DNA from: an uncultured Gammaproteobacteria bacterium
Lineage (GTDB): Bacteria > Patescibacteriota > Patescibacteriia > SG8-24
Assembly: GCA_964626205.1 (NCBI GenBank)
Contig: CAZVED010000005.1
Coordinates: 31,603-95,602, forward strand
Reading direction: 5' to 3'
DNA length: 64,000 bases
Position 1 is the first letter of the stretch. Each line of letters opens with the position of its first letter. Under the pieces are notes generated by a model that saw only the letters and a program-made list of their open reading frames with translations, was not told the origin of the DNA and searched no databases. Both the position numbers and the translations under genes were made by a program. Shown one piece after another: positions 37,957-48,505 of the stretch.

Positions 37957-39069
37957 TCAGGCGCCGATAGCGGTCATCATGGCGTTCCAGATGGCATCGC
38001 CGTAGCGGACGAAGTCCCTATAGGTAATCACGACGATGAGCAAAAGCAAGAGGCTGAACCCGATGTTGTGGGCGGCAATCTCGACCTTGCGGTTCACCTT
38101 GCCGCGACGGACCCACTCCATGAGGAGGAACGCGAATCGTCCGCCGTCGAGCGCGGGAATGGGCAGGATGTTGATGACCGCGAGATTGATGGACAGAAGC
38201 GCCGTGAACTGGAGAAGGTGGCGGAACCCCTGCGCTGCGACCTCGCCGGTGATGACCGCGATGCCGAGCGGTCCGGAGAATTCCACGCCGACCGGACGCG
38301 CGGAGAACAGGTTCACGATGATACCGGCGAACGCGGAAAGAATCTGCGTGGTGAGTCCGTAAACGGCATAGGCTCCTTGGATGGGTGCATACCAGATCGG
38401 GTACGACACCATGCCCGTCTGAACGAGCGCGATACCGATACCCGGCTGCGACAATCCTTCGAGCGATGCAGGGACGACATCGAACGACTGCCGCTCCCCC
38501 GCGCGATCCAACGTGACGTTGATAGGGACGTCGAGGTTCGCGGCCGTGTGCTCGCGGAACGCGTCCACTGACGCGATAGGAGCACCGTCGACCTCAAGAA
38601 CCGTATCGCCCGCTTGGAACCCTGCTTCCGCGGCAGGAGACTCCGGCAGCACTTGCATCACCTGCAGACGCGCATCGCGCACGCGCGCGACACCAGGCAA
38701 GTCTTCCGCTACCTGAGGAAGGCCGATGACGTACCCGAACGACAGGAGCATCCATGCGAACACGATGTTCATGACGACGCCCGCCGTGAGCACGATCGCG
38801 CGCACGCCGACACCTTTCGCCGCAAAGCTATCCTTGTCTTCCGCGTCGTTCCCCGACTCCCCCTTGATACGCACGAAGCCTCCGAGCGGAATCCAGTTGA
38901 TGGAATACAGCGTGTCGCCACGCTTCACGCCGAACAGGCGCGGCGGAAAACCGAACCCGAACTCGTCGACGCGAATGCCGTGCCGCTTCGCCGCGAAGAA
39001 ATGCCCGAACTCATGCACGAAGATGAGTAGGCCGATGACAATGATGAACGTGAGTGCTGTAGTGATCAT
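37957..39069 (-). CDS. rseP: RIP site-2 metalloprotease (RseP/M50 family)
   Basis: HEFGHFFAAK (HExxH in a TM helix), PDZ region, LDGG motif. Polytopic. Confidence 0.88.
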   Translation of the reverse strand: MITTALTFIIVIGLLIFVHEFGHFFAAKRHGIRVDEFGFGFPPRLFGVKRGDTLYSINWIPLGGFVRIKGESGNDAEDKDSFAAKGVGVRAIVLTAGVVMNIVFAWMLLSFGYVIGLPQVAEDLPGVARVRDARLQVMQVLPESPAAEAGFQAGDTVLEVDGAPIASVDAFREHTAANLDVPINVTLDRAGERQSFDVVPASLEGLSQPGIGIALVQTGMVSYPIWYAPIQGAYAVYGLTTQILSAFAGIIVNLFSARPVGVEFSGPLGIAVITGEVAAQGFRHLLQFTALLSINLAVINILPIPALDGGRFAFLLMEWVRRGKVNRKVEIAAHNIGFSLLLLLIVVITYRDFVRYGDAIWNAMMTAIGA

Positions 39070-39851
39070 TCGAGCCGTGTTTCGATGAGCGTTATGTCGT
39101 CGGAAAGCCAGCGCGCGGCGATGTCGGCGAAGGGGCCGCTGGCGTCGCTCACGACGTACCGTCGGGAACCATCGCCGCGGAGCCCGGCCTCTGCTTCAGG
39201 ATGCGCGAGAATCCATTGTCGGAACTCCGCGACCGTCTCCCGAGCCGGGTCGACGATAGTCACATCGGGCCCGACAATCTCGCGCAACAGGGGCTCTAGG
39301 AACGCATAGTGCGTGCAGCCCAAGATGAGCGTATCGATGTCCCGTAAGAGTAGCGGTTTAAGGTAGGTCGTGGCAATGGAGCGGGCTTCGGCGGAGTCGT
39401 GCCACCCCTCCTCCACGAGCGGGACGAACAGTGGGCATGCCTGCGCATGCACGGCAACTCCAGGGGCTTCCCGTTCCATAAGGCGGGCGTAGACACCGCT
39501 CCCCACAGTGCCGCGCGTTCCAATGATGCCGACAGAACCACGCGTGACCTCAGCAGCCTTTCGTACTGCTGGAGCGATGACGTCGAACACCGGCACTGAT
39601 GACGTCGCAGCGAGGTCCTCCCCCGCGAATGCCGAAGCGGTGTTACAGGCAACAACGACCGCCTGCGCACCTTGTTCGACGAGGAACTGCGTATTTTGCC
39701 GCGCAAACCGTTTTACCGTCTCTGCGCCCTTGGGACCATACGGTGTACGCGCGGTATCGCCGAAATACGTAAAACCGTAGCCCGGCATCTGCGCTAAGAC
39801 TTCACGCACGACGGTGAGGCCACCGAGGCCAGAGTCAAAAATGCCAATCAT
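39066..39851 (-). CDS. murI: glutamate racemase
   Basis: MIGIFDSGLGGLTVVREV, VVACNTASA, ILGCTHY motifs. ATGA start/stop overlap with the upstream PGM gene. The 302-aa track ORF is over-extended. Confidence 0.88.
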   Translation of the reverse strand: MIGIFDSGLGGLTVVREVLAQMPGYGFTYFGDTARTPYGPKGAETVKRFARQNTQFLVEQGAQAVVVACNTASAFAGEDLAATSSVPVFDVIAPAVRKAAEVTRGSVGIIGTRGTVGSGVYARLMEREAPGVAVHAQACPLFVPLVEEGWHDSAEARSIATTYLKPLLLRDIDTLILGCTHYAFLEPLLREIVGPDVTIVDPARETVAEFRQWILAHPEAEAGLRGDGSRRYVVSDASGPFADIAARWLSDDITLIETRLE

Positions 39852-41269
39852 ACCTTCGCACGGATGATCGCGAGCAGTTCCTCGCGCTTCTCCTCCATGA
39901 GCGCCAAGTCGCGCGCCTCGAGGCACAAGCGCAGCAACGGTTCGGTGTTGGACGCGCGCACACTGAACCACCACAGGAAGGATCCGTCGGCGTCGGGGAT
40001 GTCCACGCGCACGCCATCGATGTCGGAAACGGTCGCGCCAGGAAGCGCGCCATACGTTTCCCGCAGCGTCGCCATGACACCATCCTTATCCTCCACTTCG
40101 GAATTAATTTCTCCGGAGTGATGGTATCGGCGCAACGGCGCGACGAGCTCGGAGAGCGGTTTACCTGTCACGGACAACATTTCGAAAACGAGCAGGAGCA
40201 CGAGGTCCGTGGAGTCCGCATTGAAGACGTCACGGAAGTAGTAGTGCATGGAAAGCTCGCCACCGAGCACTGCGCCGTGCTTGCGCATGAACGGCTTAAT
40301 GAGCCCGTGCCCTACCTTATACATGAGCGGCTTACCACCGGCCTCCTCGATTGCCTCGGGCACCGCGTGCGAGCAGCGGACATCATACACTACTGCCGCG
40401 CCTGGAGCATCGCGGAGCAGTCGCGGCGCGAGCAGGGCAAGCAGGAGGTCGCCTGGAATCGGCTCACCCTTCTCATCGACGAAACCGACACGGTCGCCGT
40501 CGCCATCATAGGCAACTCCCACATCCGCACCGATCTCGCGCACCTTGGCGCATAACGTATCCAACGTCTCAACCTTAAGCGGGTTCGCTTCGTGATTCGG
40601 AAACCTGCCGTCCAGCTCCTTGAACAACGTCGTGAGTCGCATCATCGGCATGCGCGCAAAGATATCGTCCACGAGCGCACCCTCCATGCCGTTCGCCGTA
40701 TCCACCGCGACAGTGAGACCACGAAACGTCGACGTGTCAACGAGCGAGAATACCTTATCGAGATACGCGGTTTTGATGTTCAACTCACTCGCTCCCCCGC
40801 GTGCTTCTGCATCTGGCAGCCGCCCTGCGAGCACGATATCGCGAATCTCCTTCATGCCGGTCTCCGCGCCAATGGGCGACGCGTCGCCGTAGCAGAGCTT
40901 CATACCATTGTACTGCGACGGATTGTGCGATGCCGTCACCATGATACCGGCCTCGTGTTCCGAATACGCTCCGGTCGCGAAGTAGATCATCGGCGTCGTG
41001 AGCAGTCCGCCAACGAACACGGCGTCCGCGCCCTGCGAGCGCACGCCGTCCATCACTGCTTTCGCGAGCTCAGGCGACGTTTCACGCATGTCATGACCAA
41101 CGGCGACGGTCTTCGCCTTGGTGAGTCGCACCATTGCCTGCCCGACACGGAACGCCACCTCCTCGGTAACCTCCTGTGGCGCCAATCCGCGGATGTCATA
41201 TGCCTTGAAGATGCCTGGAGAAATAGTCATGATTTTCGCTTTAATTGAGTACTTACCCCCCTTTATCAT
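39848..41269 (-). CDS. phosphoglucomutase/phosphomannomutase family protein
   Basis: GIFKAYDIRG, active-site TASHNP, GDGDGDR metal-binding loop. The start may be the Met at 41230. Confidence 0.85.
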   Translation of the reverse strand: MIKGGKYSIKAKIMTISPGIFKAYDIRGLAPQEVTEEVAFRVGQAMVRLTKAKTVAVGHDMRETSPELAKAVMDGVRSQGADAVFVGGLLTTPMIYFATGAYSEHEAGIMVTASHNPSQYNGMKLCYGDASPIGAETGMKEIRDIVLAGRLPDAEARGGASELNIKTAYLDKVFSLVDTSTFRGLTVAVDTANGMEGALVDDIFARMPMMRLTTLFKELDGRFPNHEANPLKVETLDTLCAKVREIGADVGVAYDGDGDRVGFVDEKGEPIPGDLLLALLAPRLLRDAPGAAVVYDVRCSHAVPEAIEEAGGKPLMYKVGHGLIKPFMRKHGAVLGGELSMHYYFRDVFNADSTDLVLLLVFEMLSVTGKPLSELVAPLRRYHHSGEINSEVEDKDGVMATLRETYGALPGATVSDIDGVRVDIPDADGSFLWWFSVRASNTEPLLRLCLEARDLALMEEKREELLAIIRAKV

Positions 41270-41273
41270 TCCT

Positions 41274-41309
41274 CGAAAATCGGCTATACTTCAGTATAGA
41301 CGAAAATCG
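41274..41309. promoter_or_regulatory. operator-like element in the AT-rich divergent region between the PGM gene and lemA
   Basis: cgaaaatcg-g-CTATACttcaGTATAG-a-cgaaaatcg: direct repeats flanking a 6-bp-arm palindrome. The TATACT-like hexamers could double as -10 elements. Confidence 0.4.
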
Positions 41310-41339
41310 CCTCCACTAACTATCATCACTTCTCTTTTT

Positions 41340-41900
41340 ATGGAAGTCACCATGTTCCTCTGGGTCCTGCTCGGCGCCGTCATCGTTGCCGTGCTCTGGG
41401 TCGTCGCCCTCTATAACGGTCTCATCACGCTCCGAAACCGCGTGGACGAAGCCTGGTCTGACATCGACGTACAGCTCAAACGTCGCTACGACCTCATTCC
41501 GAACCTCGTCGAAACGGTCAAAGGCTACGCCACGCACGAATCAGCGACGATGGAGAAAGTCATTCAGGCGCGCGCTGCAGCCATGGGTGCCGGCAACGCG
41601 CACGACAAGGCTGCCGCGGAGAACATGCTCACCGGCGCGCTGAAGTCCCTCTTCGCCATCTCCGAAGCATACCCGGACCTCAAGGCATCGCAGAACTTCA
41701 TGCAGATGCAGGACGACCTCAAGGACGCGGAAGACAAGATCCAGGCCGCCCGCCGCTTCTACAACGCCAACGTCCGCGACTTCAACACGAAGATCCAGGT
41801 CTTCCCGAACAACGTCATCGCCGGCAACCTGAAGTTCTCCAAATACGAGTTCTTCGAGGCTGAGGAGGGCGAGCGCGCAAACGTGGCGGTGAAGTTCTAA
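41340..41900 (+). CDS. lemA: LemA family protein
   Basis: N-terminal TM helix, then LITLRNRVDEAWSDIDVQLKRRYDLIPNLVETVKGYATHE, typical LemA. Confidence 0.85.
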   Translation: MEVTMFLWVLLGAVIVAVLWVVALYNGLITLRNRVDEAWSDIDVQLKRRYDLIPNLVETVKGYATHESATMEKVIQARAAAMGAGNAHDKAAAENMLTGALKSLFAISEAYPDLKASQNFMQMQDDLKDAEDKIQAARRFYNANVRDFNTKIQVFPNNVIAGNLKFSKYEFFEAEEGERANVAVKF

Positions 41901-41915
41901 GCCGGTTGGGCACCT

Positions 41916-42341
41916 ATGCCCACAAACGACATTGCACCAGATACCGCAAGCGCGGCGCCATCGTTCCAGAAGCGTCGTAGTTGGGGCGCATACCGCAACA
42001 TCATCATCTGGGAGGCGCTCTTCATCGGCCCAATGCTCTACATCGGATTCCTCAGCGCAAGAATATCTTTTCTCTGGATCCAAGCGGATTCACCCGCAGG
42101 CGCTCCCATGCTGTATGATTTGCTCTTGAACTTCGCCATCCTTCCAATCGTCTGTGCCTTTGGAATCGCACGTCTATTCCCAGACGCGCTCCAAGAGGCG
42201 CTGGTACGCATGCCCGGCGCTGAACATGCGACGACACGCGCCAAGATCTTTAGCGGATTGGCGATTCTTGGGGCGAGCGTAGGTGTCGCAGCACTGATTG
42301 CATGCATTCCTACGAAACCACGGTCATACAGACCCTATTAG
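41916..42341 (+). CDS. hypothetical membrane protein (141 aa) between lemA and htpX
   Basis: Three or four hydrophobic helices. No family recognised. Confidence 0.4.
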   Translation: MPTNDIAPDTASAAPSFQKRRSWGAYRNIIIWEALFIGPMLYIGFLSARISFLWIQADSPAGAPMLYDLLLNFAILPIVCAFGIARLFPDALQEALVRMPGAEHATTRAKIFSGLAILGASVGVAALIACIPTKPRSYRPY

Positions 42342-42357
42342 GTAACGTATACAGACC

Positions 42358-43260
42358 ATGACTACCTACGACTTCGTTGCTGCCAACAAACGGAAGAGCG
42401 CGATGCTCATCGCGTTCTTTGTCGTATTCGTCGTCGGTCTTGGCTGGCTCATCGACGAAGCCTACGGCGCAGGCGGCAGCATCCTCACGATTGCCGTCAT
42501 CTACTCCCTCGTGACCGCGCTCGTGAGCTACTACTCCGGCGACAAGGTCGCGCTCGCCTCCACTGGCGCGCGTCCGGCAACCGCAGAGGCAGACAAGTAC
42601 GTCGTCCGCATGGTGGAAAACCTCTGCATCACGACCGGCACGCCGATGCCGAAGGTGTACATCATTGAGGACGACGCCATCAACGCCTTTGCCACGGGCC
42701 GTGACCCGGAGCACGCAAGCATCGCGGTCACGACCGGCGCTATCCGCAAGCTGGAGAACGAGGAGCTGGAGGGCGTCCTCGCCCATGAGCTCTCGCACGT
42801 GCGCAACTACGACATCCGCGTCATGACCATCGTCATCGTGCTCGTCGGCATCGTCGCCATCTTGGGCGATCTCGTCTTCCGCATGTCCTTCCACAGCCGC
42901 CGTGGGAACAGCGACAACAAGGGCCATGGCGCCATCATGATTGTCGGACTCGTGCTCCTCATCCTCGCACCCGTCGTCGCACAGCTCATCAAGCTCGCGG
43001 TCTCCCGCAAGCGCGAGTTCCTCGCGGACGCGTCGGGGGCGCTCATCACCCGCTACCCGGAAGGGCTCGCTCGCGCGCTCGAGAAGATCGCCGCGGATGC
43101 TCGTCCGATGACTCGCGCATCGGCAGCAACATCACACCTCTTCATCGCGAATCCATTCTCCGGCAAGGCGCTCGCTAGTATGTTCTCTACGCACCCGCCG
43201 GTCGAAGCACGCGTCGCCGCGCTCCGAAAGATGGGTGGCCTCGCACAGGAACAGGCCTGA
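42358..43260 (+). CDS. htpX: zinc metalloprotease HtpX (M48)
   Basis: HELSHVRNYD (HExxH), TM helices, FSTHPP C-terminal motif. Confidence 0.9.
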   Translation: MTTYDFVAANKRKSAMLIAFFVVFVVGLGWLIDEAYGAGGSILTIAVIYSLVTALVSYYSGDKVALASTGARPATAEADKYVVRMVENLCITTGTPMPKVYIIEDDAINAFATGRDPEHASIAVTTGAIRKLENEELEGVLAHELSHVRNYDIRVMTIVIVLVGIVAILGDLVFRMSFHSRRGNSDNKGHGAIMIVGLVLLILAPVVAQLIKLAVSRKREFLADASGALITRYPEGLARALEKIAADARPMTRASAATSHLFIANPFSGKALASMFSTHPPVEARVAALRKMGGLAQEQA

Positions 43261-43275
43261 GCTTATCCGCACCAA

Positions 43276-43305
43276 AGAAGGCGCCCAGAAAGGGCGCTTT
43301 TATGG
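43276..43305 (+). terminator. rho-independent terminator after htpX
   Basis: aaggcgcccagaaagggcgctttta. Confidence 0.6.
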
Positions 43306-43347
43306 TAGTCTTAAGCGAGAAGTTATCCCCCATTCACCTCGAAAAGC

Positions 43348-45948
43348 ATGTCCGCTGATATCCTCGACAAATTCACCTCGCATCTCAAGCAAGTCCTCGC
43401 CAAATCCTACTCCCTCGCCGCGGAGACGGATTCCGCCACCATCGAACCGGAGCACTTGCTTCTGGCATTGCTACTGCAAAAAGGCAGCATTGGCGGCGAA
43501 ATCTTGAGGAAGGCGAACATGAGTCACGAGGAAGTCCGCCGTACGCTCCGCATGACTGGCACCGGAACGACGATACCAAAGAAGAAAAGCGTCGGCTCGG
43601 CAGCAAAACTCTCCACGGACTCGAAGCGCGTCATCGAAAAGGCCGTCCTCACCGCAAACACCAACCGGCACAAGTACGTCGGCACCGAGCACCTGCTCTC
43701 CGGCCTGCTAAAGATCGACTCCCCTGTGATCTCCGCGCTCATGACGGAACAGCTCATGGATGTCGCGGACCTCAAGGTGCAGGTCGAGACCATCCTCAAG
43801 AGCACGTCGAAGTTCCCGGAAATTACCGAGACCTTTGAGGTCGGCAAAGTACCGAAAGGCGGCGTCACCGAAGAAGACGCCGCGGAAGTTGACCTCATGG
43901 CAGAAAAGAAGCCAGAGCGTGCACAGAGCAAAAACCCAAAGTCCCCTGCCCTCGACTTCTTCTCCGTCGACCTCACGGACCCGGAGGTACAGAAGAACAT
44001 CGACCCGGTCATCGGTCGCGACAAGGAGGTGGAGCGCATGATCCAGATCCTCTCCCGCCGCCAAAAGAACAACCCGGTGCTCTTGGGCGAGCCGGGCGTA
44101 GGAAAGACTGCCATCGTGGAAGGTCTCGCCAAGCGCATCGTGCAGGGCGACGTGCCGGAAGTGCTCAAAAAGAAGCGTATCGTTTCGCTCGACCTCGGAC
44201 TCATGCTTGCAGGCACTATCTACCGCGGTGAATTCGAAGGTCGCATCAAACAGGTCGTCGACGAGGTGAAGAACGACCCTGACCTCATCCTCTTCATCGA
44301 CGAGCTCCACAACATCATGGGTGCAGGCTCCACGTCGGGCTCGCTCGACGCCGCGAACCTCCTCAAGCCGGCGCTCGCGCGTGGCGACATGCGCTGCATC
44401 GGCGCAACGACGCTCGCGGAGTACAAGAAGGACATCGAAGGCGATGGCGCGCTCGAGCGCCGCTTCCAGCCGATTGCGGTGAATCCGCCGACCGCCGAGG
44501 TGGCGAAAATTATCCTTCGTGGCCTCCGCAAGAACTATGAGCAGTACCATGGCGTGGAAATCACCGACGAGGCGATCGATGCCGCGGTCACCATGTCCGA
44601 GCGCTATATCACCGACCGCTTCCTTCCGGACAAGGCTATCGACCTTATCGACGAAGCCGCAGCATGTCTGAAGGTCGCCACGACGACTGACGACGGTTCC
44701 CGCCGCCGCGCGGAAGCGGGCGCGGAACTCGCGGAGCTCCGCACGGAAAAAGAGAAGGCTGTCACCTCCGAGAACTTCATCCACGCACTGGAACTCAAGA
44801 CCCGTGAACGCCATCTCGAGGAAGAACTCGTGCGTCTGGACATCTCCGCTGGCGACGAAGAAAAGAAGGTTCTCGGCCGCATCGACAAGACCGACATCGC
44901 GAAGGTCGTCGCGCGTGCGACCGGCATTCCGGCGCTCGATCTCCTCGCCAAGGAAAAAACGCGCCTCCTTAAGCTCGAGAACGTGCTCAAGGAGCATGTC
45001 ATCGGCCAAGGTGATGTCGTTGCGTCCGTGTCAGAAATCGTCCGGCGCGCGAAGTCGGGCATCTCGAACCCGAACCGTCCGCTCGCCTCCATGCTCTTCT
45101 TGGGTCCGTCCGGCGTCGGCAAGACCGAGCTCGCCAAGAAGCTTGCCGAGATTGTCTTCCAGGATCCTGACGCCTTGGTCCGCATCGACATGTCCGAGTT
45201 CTCCGAAGGCTTCTCCATGACCAAGCTCGTGGGTGCACCCGCCGGCTACGTTGGCTACAAGGAATCCACCAAGCTCACCGACGTCGTGAAGCGCAAGCCA
45301 CACTGCCTCGTACTCTTTGACGAAATCGAGAAAGCGCACGGCGATGTGCACAATCTTCTCCTCCAAGTCCTCGACGATGGCCACATTACGGACGCCACGG
45401 GCCGCAAGATCGACTTCAAGAACACCATCATCATCATGACGTCGAATGTCGGCGGAGCGCACCTGTCTGCAGGCAAGGGTGGCGGCATCGGCTTCTCGAC
45501 CTCCGAAGGCGGCGACCTCACCGAGGAAGAACTCGCGGACCAGCGCGCGGCCATCATGCAGGACGTCGAGCAGTCGTTCCGTCCGGAGTTCATCAACCGC
45601 ATCGACAAGATCTCGGTCTTCCGCCCGCTCGCCAAGGCAGACCTCGCGTCCATCGCGGAGCTCCAGGTCGCCGAGCTCTCCAAGCGTACGGAAGCCGATT
45701 TCGGCGTGACGCTCGGCATCAACCAGAAGGCCGCGGAACTCATCGCGGAAAAGAGCTACGACCCGCGCTACGGTGCGCGTGGCGTGCGGCGGCAGATCCA
45801 GGAACTCATCGAGACCCCGCTCGCCAAGGAGCTGCTGGAGGACCGCTTCGCTCCAGGTGAAACGGTAATGGTCGGCGTCATGGACGACTCCATCGCGTTC
45901 GCTAAACGCAGGACGAATGCCCGCACAAAGCACAAGCAGCAAGCCTAG
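43348..45948 (+). CDS. Clp-family AAA+ chaperone ATPase (ClpC/ClpB-like)
   Basis: Clp N domain repeats (EPEHLLLALL, GTEHLLSGLL), two AAA modules (GEPGVGKTA, GPSGVGKTELAK), sensor-2 GARGVRR. Confidence 0.88.
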   Translation: MSADILDKFTSHLKQVLAKSYSLAAETDSATIEPEHLLLALLLQKGSIGGEILRKANMSHEEVRRTLRMTGTGTTIPKKKSVGSAAKLSTDSKRVIEKAVLTANTNRHKYVGTEHLLSGLLKIDSPVISALMTEQLMDVADLKVQVETILKSTSKFPEITETFEVGKVPKGGVTEEDAAEVDLMAEKKPERAQSKNPKSPALDFFSVDLTDPEVQKNIDPVIGRDKEVERMIQILSRRQKNNPVLLGEPGVGKTAIVEGLAKRIVQGDVPEVLKKKRIVSLDLGLMLAGTIYRGEFEGRIKQVVDEVKNDPDLILFIDELHNIMGAGSTSGSLDAANLLKPALARGDMRCIGATTLAEYKKDIEGDGALERRFQPIAVNPPTAEVAKIILRGLRKNYEQYHGVEITDEAIDAAVTMSERYITDRFLPDKAIDLIDEAAACLKVATTTDDGSRRRAEAGAELAELRTEKEKAVTSENFIHALELKTRERHLEEELVRLDISAGDEEKKVLGRIDKTDIAKVVARATGIPALDLLAKEKTRLLKLENVLKEHVIGQGDVVASVSEIVRRAKSGISNPNRPLASMLFLGPSGVGKTELAKKLAEIVFQDPDALVRIDMSEFSEGFSMTKLVGAPAGYVGYKESTKLTDVVKRKPHCLVLFDEIEKAHGDVHNLLLQVLDDGHITDATGRKIDFKNTIIIMTSNVGGAHLSAGKGGGIGFSTSEGGDLTEEELADQRAAIMQDVEQSFRPEFINRIDKISVFRPLAKADLASIAELQVAELSKRTEADFGVTLGINQKAAELIAEKSYDPRYGARGVRRQIQELIETPLAKELLEDRFAPGETVMVGVMDDSIAFAKRRTNARTKHKQQA

Positions 45949-46054
45949 TGGCGGAAACAACGAGGCGGCATGGTCGCGCCAGCTTCAGCGTGACCGGAAG
46001 CAAGCAAAGCCGTCGGTAAACGCGACGGCCTTCCAAGGAGCACCGTTGCCCGCG

Positions 46055-46549
46055 ATGTCGAGCATGCCGTCATCGACAGAAGACCAAGATGGTCAGCAAG
46101 ACGCCGGTGGTGCGAAACGACGCTCTAGCGGACCCGTCACTGGCGCGCAGGTAAAGGCTGCTGCGGCAGCCTCCGGCGGAACTGCAAAACTAGCGACCAA
46201 AGCCATCGGCGAAGAACGCGTTGCCGCGGTTGCGAATGCCACCATCGGCGAGCTCACCGACCCCATCGGTCGTCAGATCTACTGGCTGCCGATGGCATGG
46301 ATGTGGGGCACGCTCTTCCTCGGCGGTTTCGTCGTCATTCCGCTGCATTGGATCTATATGATCCTCGGCCTCATCGGCGTCCCCCGTTTCAACGCATCGA
46401 TGGTCAAATGGTTCATGTTCATCGTGAACAACTGCATCTTCTTCAGTTTGCTTACCATCGCCTACATCATGATCATGGGGCTCCTCGAAATCACCCGTTG
46501 CGCATCCGACTTCTTCTGCGTCGTCGGCCTCATTCGCGAAGCGATCTGA
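46055..46549 (+). CDS. hypothetical membrane protein (start uncertain; the ORF runs from 45917, overlapping clpC)
   Basis: Hydrophobic helices WGTLFLGGFVVIPLHWIYMILGLIGV and FMFIVNNCIFFSLLTIAYIMIMGLL. First gene of a four-gene plus-strand cluster. Confidence 0.35.
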   Translation: MSSMPSSTEDQDGQQDAGGAKRRSSGPVTGAQVKAAAAASGGTAKLATKAIGEERVAAVANATIGELTDPIGRQIYWLPMAWMWGTLFLGGFVVIPLHWIYMILGLIGVPRFNASMVKWFMFIVNNCIFFSLLTIAYIMIMGLLEITRCASDFFCVVGLIREAI

Positions 46550-46590
46550 CGGCGTTCCGGATACGTCCGGCATAGGCTATACTTCCTCAT

Positions 46591-47817
46591 ATGGACTTCA
46601 AGCGTATCCTCCTCTTTATCGGCTTCACCCTTGCCGTCGGCGGCATGGGTTTTGCGCTCTATTTCTTCTTCTTCCGGACCGCTCCGACCGAGACCGTTCC
46701 GACCCCTCCAGGACAAGAACTCCCTGGCGGCGGAGATGGTCTGCCGAGTGCTGGCGAAGGTCCCGGCACCGGCGTCACACCGACTCCGACACAGCCCCCG
46801 GTCATCGAGCAACCAGGCGGCGCTGCCCAGTTCGCGGACGGCGGCCTGACCCAGGTCCGTACCGTCGCGACATCGTCCACGACTGGTGCCAGCGTCGGAA
46901 CGGACGGCAGCTTGAGCTTCTACAACCGTGGCGACGGTCGCTTCTACCGTATGAGTCCGGACGGCTCCATGATGCAGCTCTCTCCCCAGCAGTTCACGAA
47001 CGTTTCGGACGCCACGTTCTCTCCGCTCGGTACAGACGCCATCCTGGAATACCCCGACGGATCGAATATCTACTACGACTTCCGAACCAACCGACAAGTC
47101 ACGCTACCGAAACACTGGGAGGATTTCGCGTTCAGCGCGGATGGCGACAAGATCGCCGCGAAGAGCATCGGCCTCGACGAGACGAACCGCTTCCTCGTCG
47201 TCTCCGCTCCGGACGGTTCCGGTGCCCGTGCGGTACAGGAACTCGGTAACAACGCGGACAAGGTCACTGTCGCCTACTCTCCCACCGGACAATCCATCGC
47301 CATCTCCGAGACCGGGCGTGCACTCGGCCCGACGTCGCGCGAGGTCTTCTTCATCGGCCAGAACTCGGAAAACCTCCGCTCGATGACCATCGAAGGCGTG
47401 GACTTCCGCCCGTCGTGGTCGCCGGACGGCAGGCAGCTCATGTACAGCACCGCCAGCGCGAACAACGAGTACAAGCCGACACTCTGGATCGTCGATGCCT
47501 ACGGCGACGATATCGGCAGGAACCGCAAAACGCTGAACGTTTCGACATGGGCGGATAAATGCACGTTCGCTGACGCGGCGACGCTCTACTGCGGCGTTCC
47601 ACGCTCGCTCCCGCGAGCTGCCGGTCTGCAACCGTCCTTGTTCGAAGACATTCCGGATGACATCTTCCGTATCGACCTCGCTACAGGGCTCCAGACCCGC
47701 GTCGCGGTTCCGGAAGGGTCCCGTACCGTCGGCAGCATCATGGTCACACCGGACCAAAGCAGCCTCTACTTCACGGACAAAACGACCGGCATCCTGAACG
47801 AGATCCAGCTCCGCTAA
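46591..47817 (+). CDS. TolB-like beta-propeller (PD40 repeat) protein with an N-terminal membrane anchor
   Basis: N-terminal TM helix, Pro/Gly/Thr linker, repeated SPDGS / SPTGQ / SWSPDGRQ PD40 motifs. Confidence 0.6.
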   Translation: MDFKRILLFIGFTLAVGGMGFALYFFFFRTAPTETVPTPPGQELPGGGDGLPSAGEGPGTGVTPTPTQPPVIEQPGGAAQFADGGLTQVRTVATSSTTGASVGTDGSLSFYNRGDGRFYRMSPDGSMMQLSPQQFTNVSDATFSPLGTDAILEYPDGSNIYYDFRTNRQVTLPKHWEDFAFSADGDKIAAKSIGLDETNRFLVVSAPDGSGARAVQELGNNADKVTVAYSPTGQSIAISETGRALGPTSREVFFIGQNSENLRSMTIEGVDFRPSWSPDGRQLMYSTASANNEYKPTLWIVDAYGDDIGRNRKTLNVSTWADKCTFADAATLYCGVPRSLPRAAGLQPSLFEDIPDDIFRIDLATGLQTRVAVPEGSRTVGSIMVTPDQSSLYFTDKTTGILNEIQLR

Positions 47818-47829
47818 CCCTGAACCGTC

Positions 47830-48498
47830 ATGCGGCAATCCTGGCTCGCTCTCGCTTTCCTCATCCTCATCAGCGCGCTCGTGCTGGCGGCATTCGCCAT
47901 CCGCACGCTCCCCGCTCCGCAGCGCGATACCGCGGAAGACGCCTCCGACCTTCCTGCCATCGACGTGCCGAGCGTCGATTTCGCAAACCCGTCCAAAGGC
48001 GCGCTCGATGCCGTTGTGCGCATCGTCCAGTACGGCGACTTCCTCTGCGCCTCCTGCGCACAGCTTGCACCAGACCTCGACCGACTCCTCGAAGACTACG
48101 CCGGCTCCGTCCGCGTCGTCTGGAAGGACTTCCCCAACACCTCCGCACACCCGGGTACGGATACGGCTTCCATCGCCGCACGGTGCGCACAACGCCAAGG
48201 CGCGTTCTGGGAGTATCATGACCTGCTCCTCATCGACCGCATCGCGGTAACGGAAGCATCTCTTGTTTCCGCAGCAGAAGCGCTCGGCTTGGACGCGGAG
48301 AGCTTCCGTACCTGCCTCATCACGAAAGAAACCGTCCCCATGATCGACCGCGACTTCGTGGAGGGGCAGATTCTCCGCGTGGACGGTACGCCGTATCTCT
48401 TCGTGAACGACCGCCGTGTGTCCGGCTCCATCTCCTACGACCAGCTTGCCCAGATCGTGGAGGCGCTTGGTGCGGTTCCTGTCACTCCATCCAACTGA
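47830..48498 (+). CDS. DsbA-like thiol:disulfide oxidoreductase (thioredoxin fold, CxxC = CASC)
   Basis: N-terminal TM anchor, VVRIVQYGDFLCASCAQ, DsbA-like length and C-terminal pattern. Confidence 0.65.
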   Translation: MRQSWLALAFLILISALVLAAFAIRTLPAPQRDTAEDASDLPAIDVPSVDFANPSKGALDAVVRIVQYGDFLCASCAQLAPDLDRLLEDYAGSVRVVWKDFPNTSAHPGTDTASIAARCAQRQGAFWEYHDLLLIDRIAVTEASLVSAAEALGLDAESFRTCLITKETVPMIDRDFVEGQILRVDGTPYLFVNDRRVSGSISYDQLAQIVEALGAVPVTPSN

Positions 48499-48505
48499 TG
48501 CCCGT

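Noticed and set aside
43708-45009. 433-aa minus-strand ORF inside the clpC-like gene
   Set aside because: Antisense to the Clp ATPase. GC artefact.
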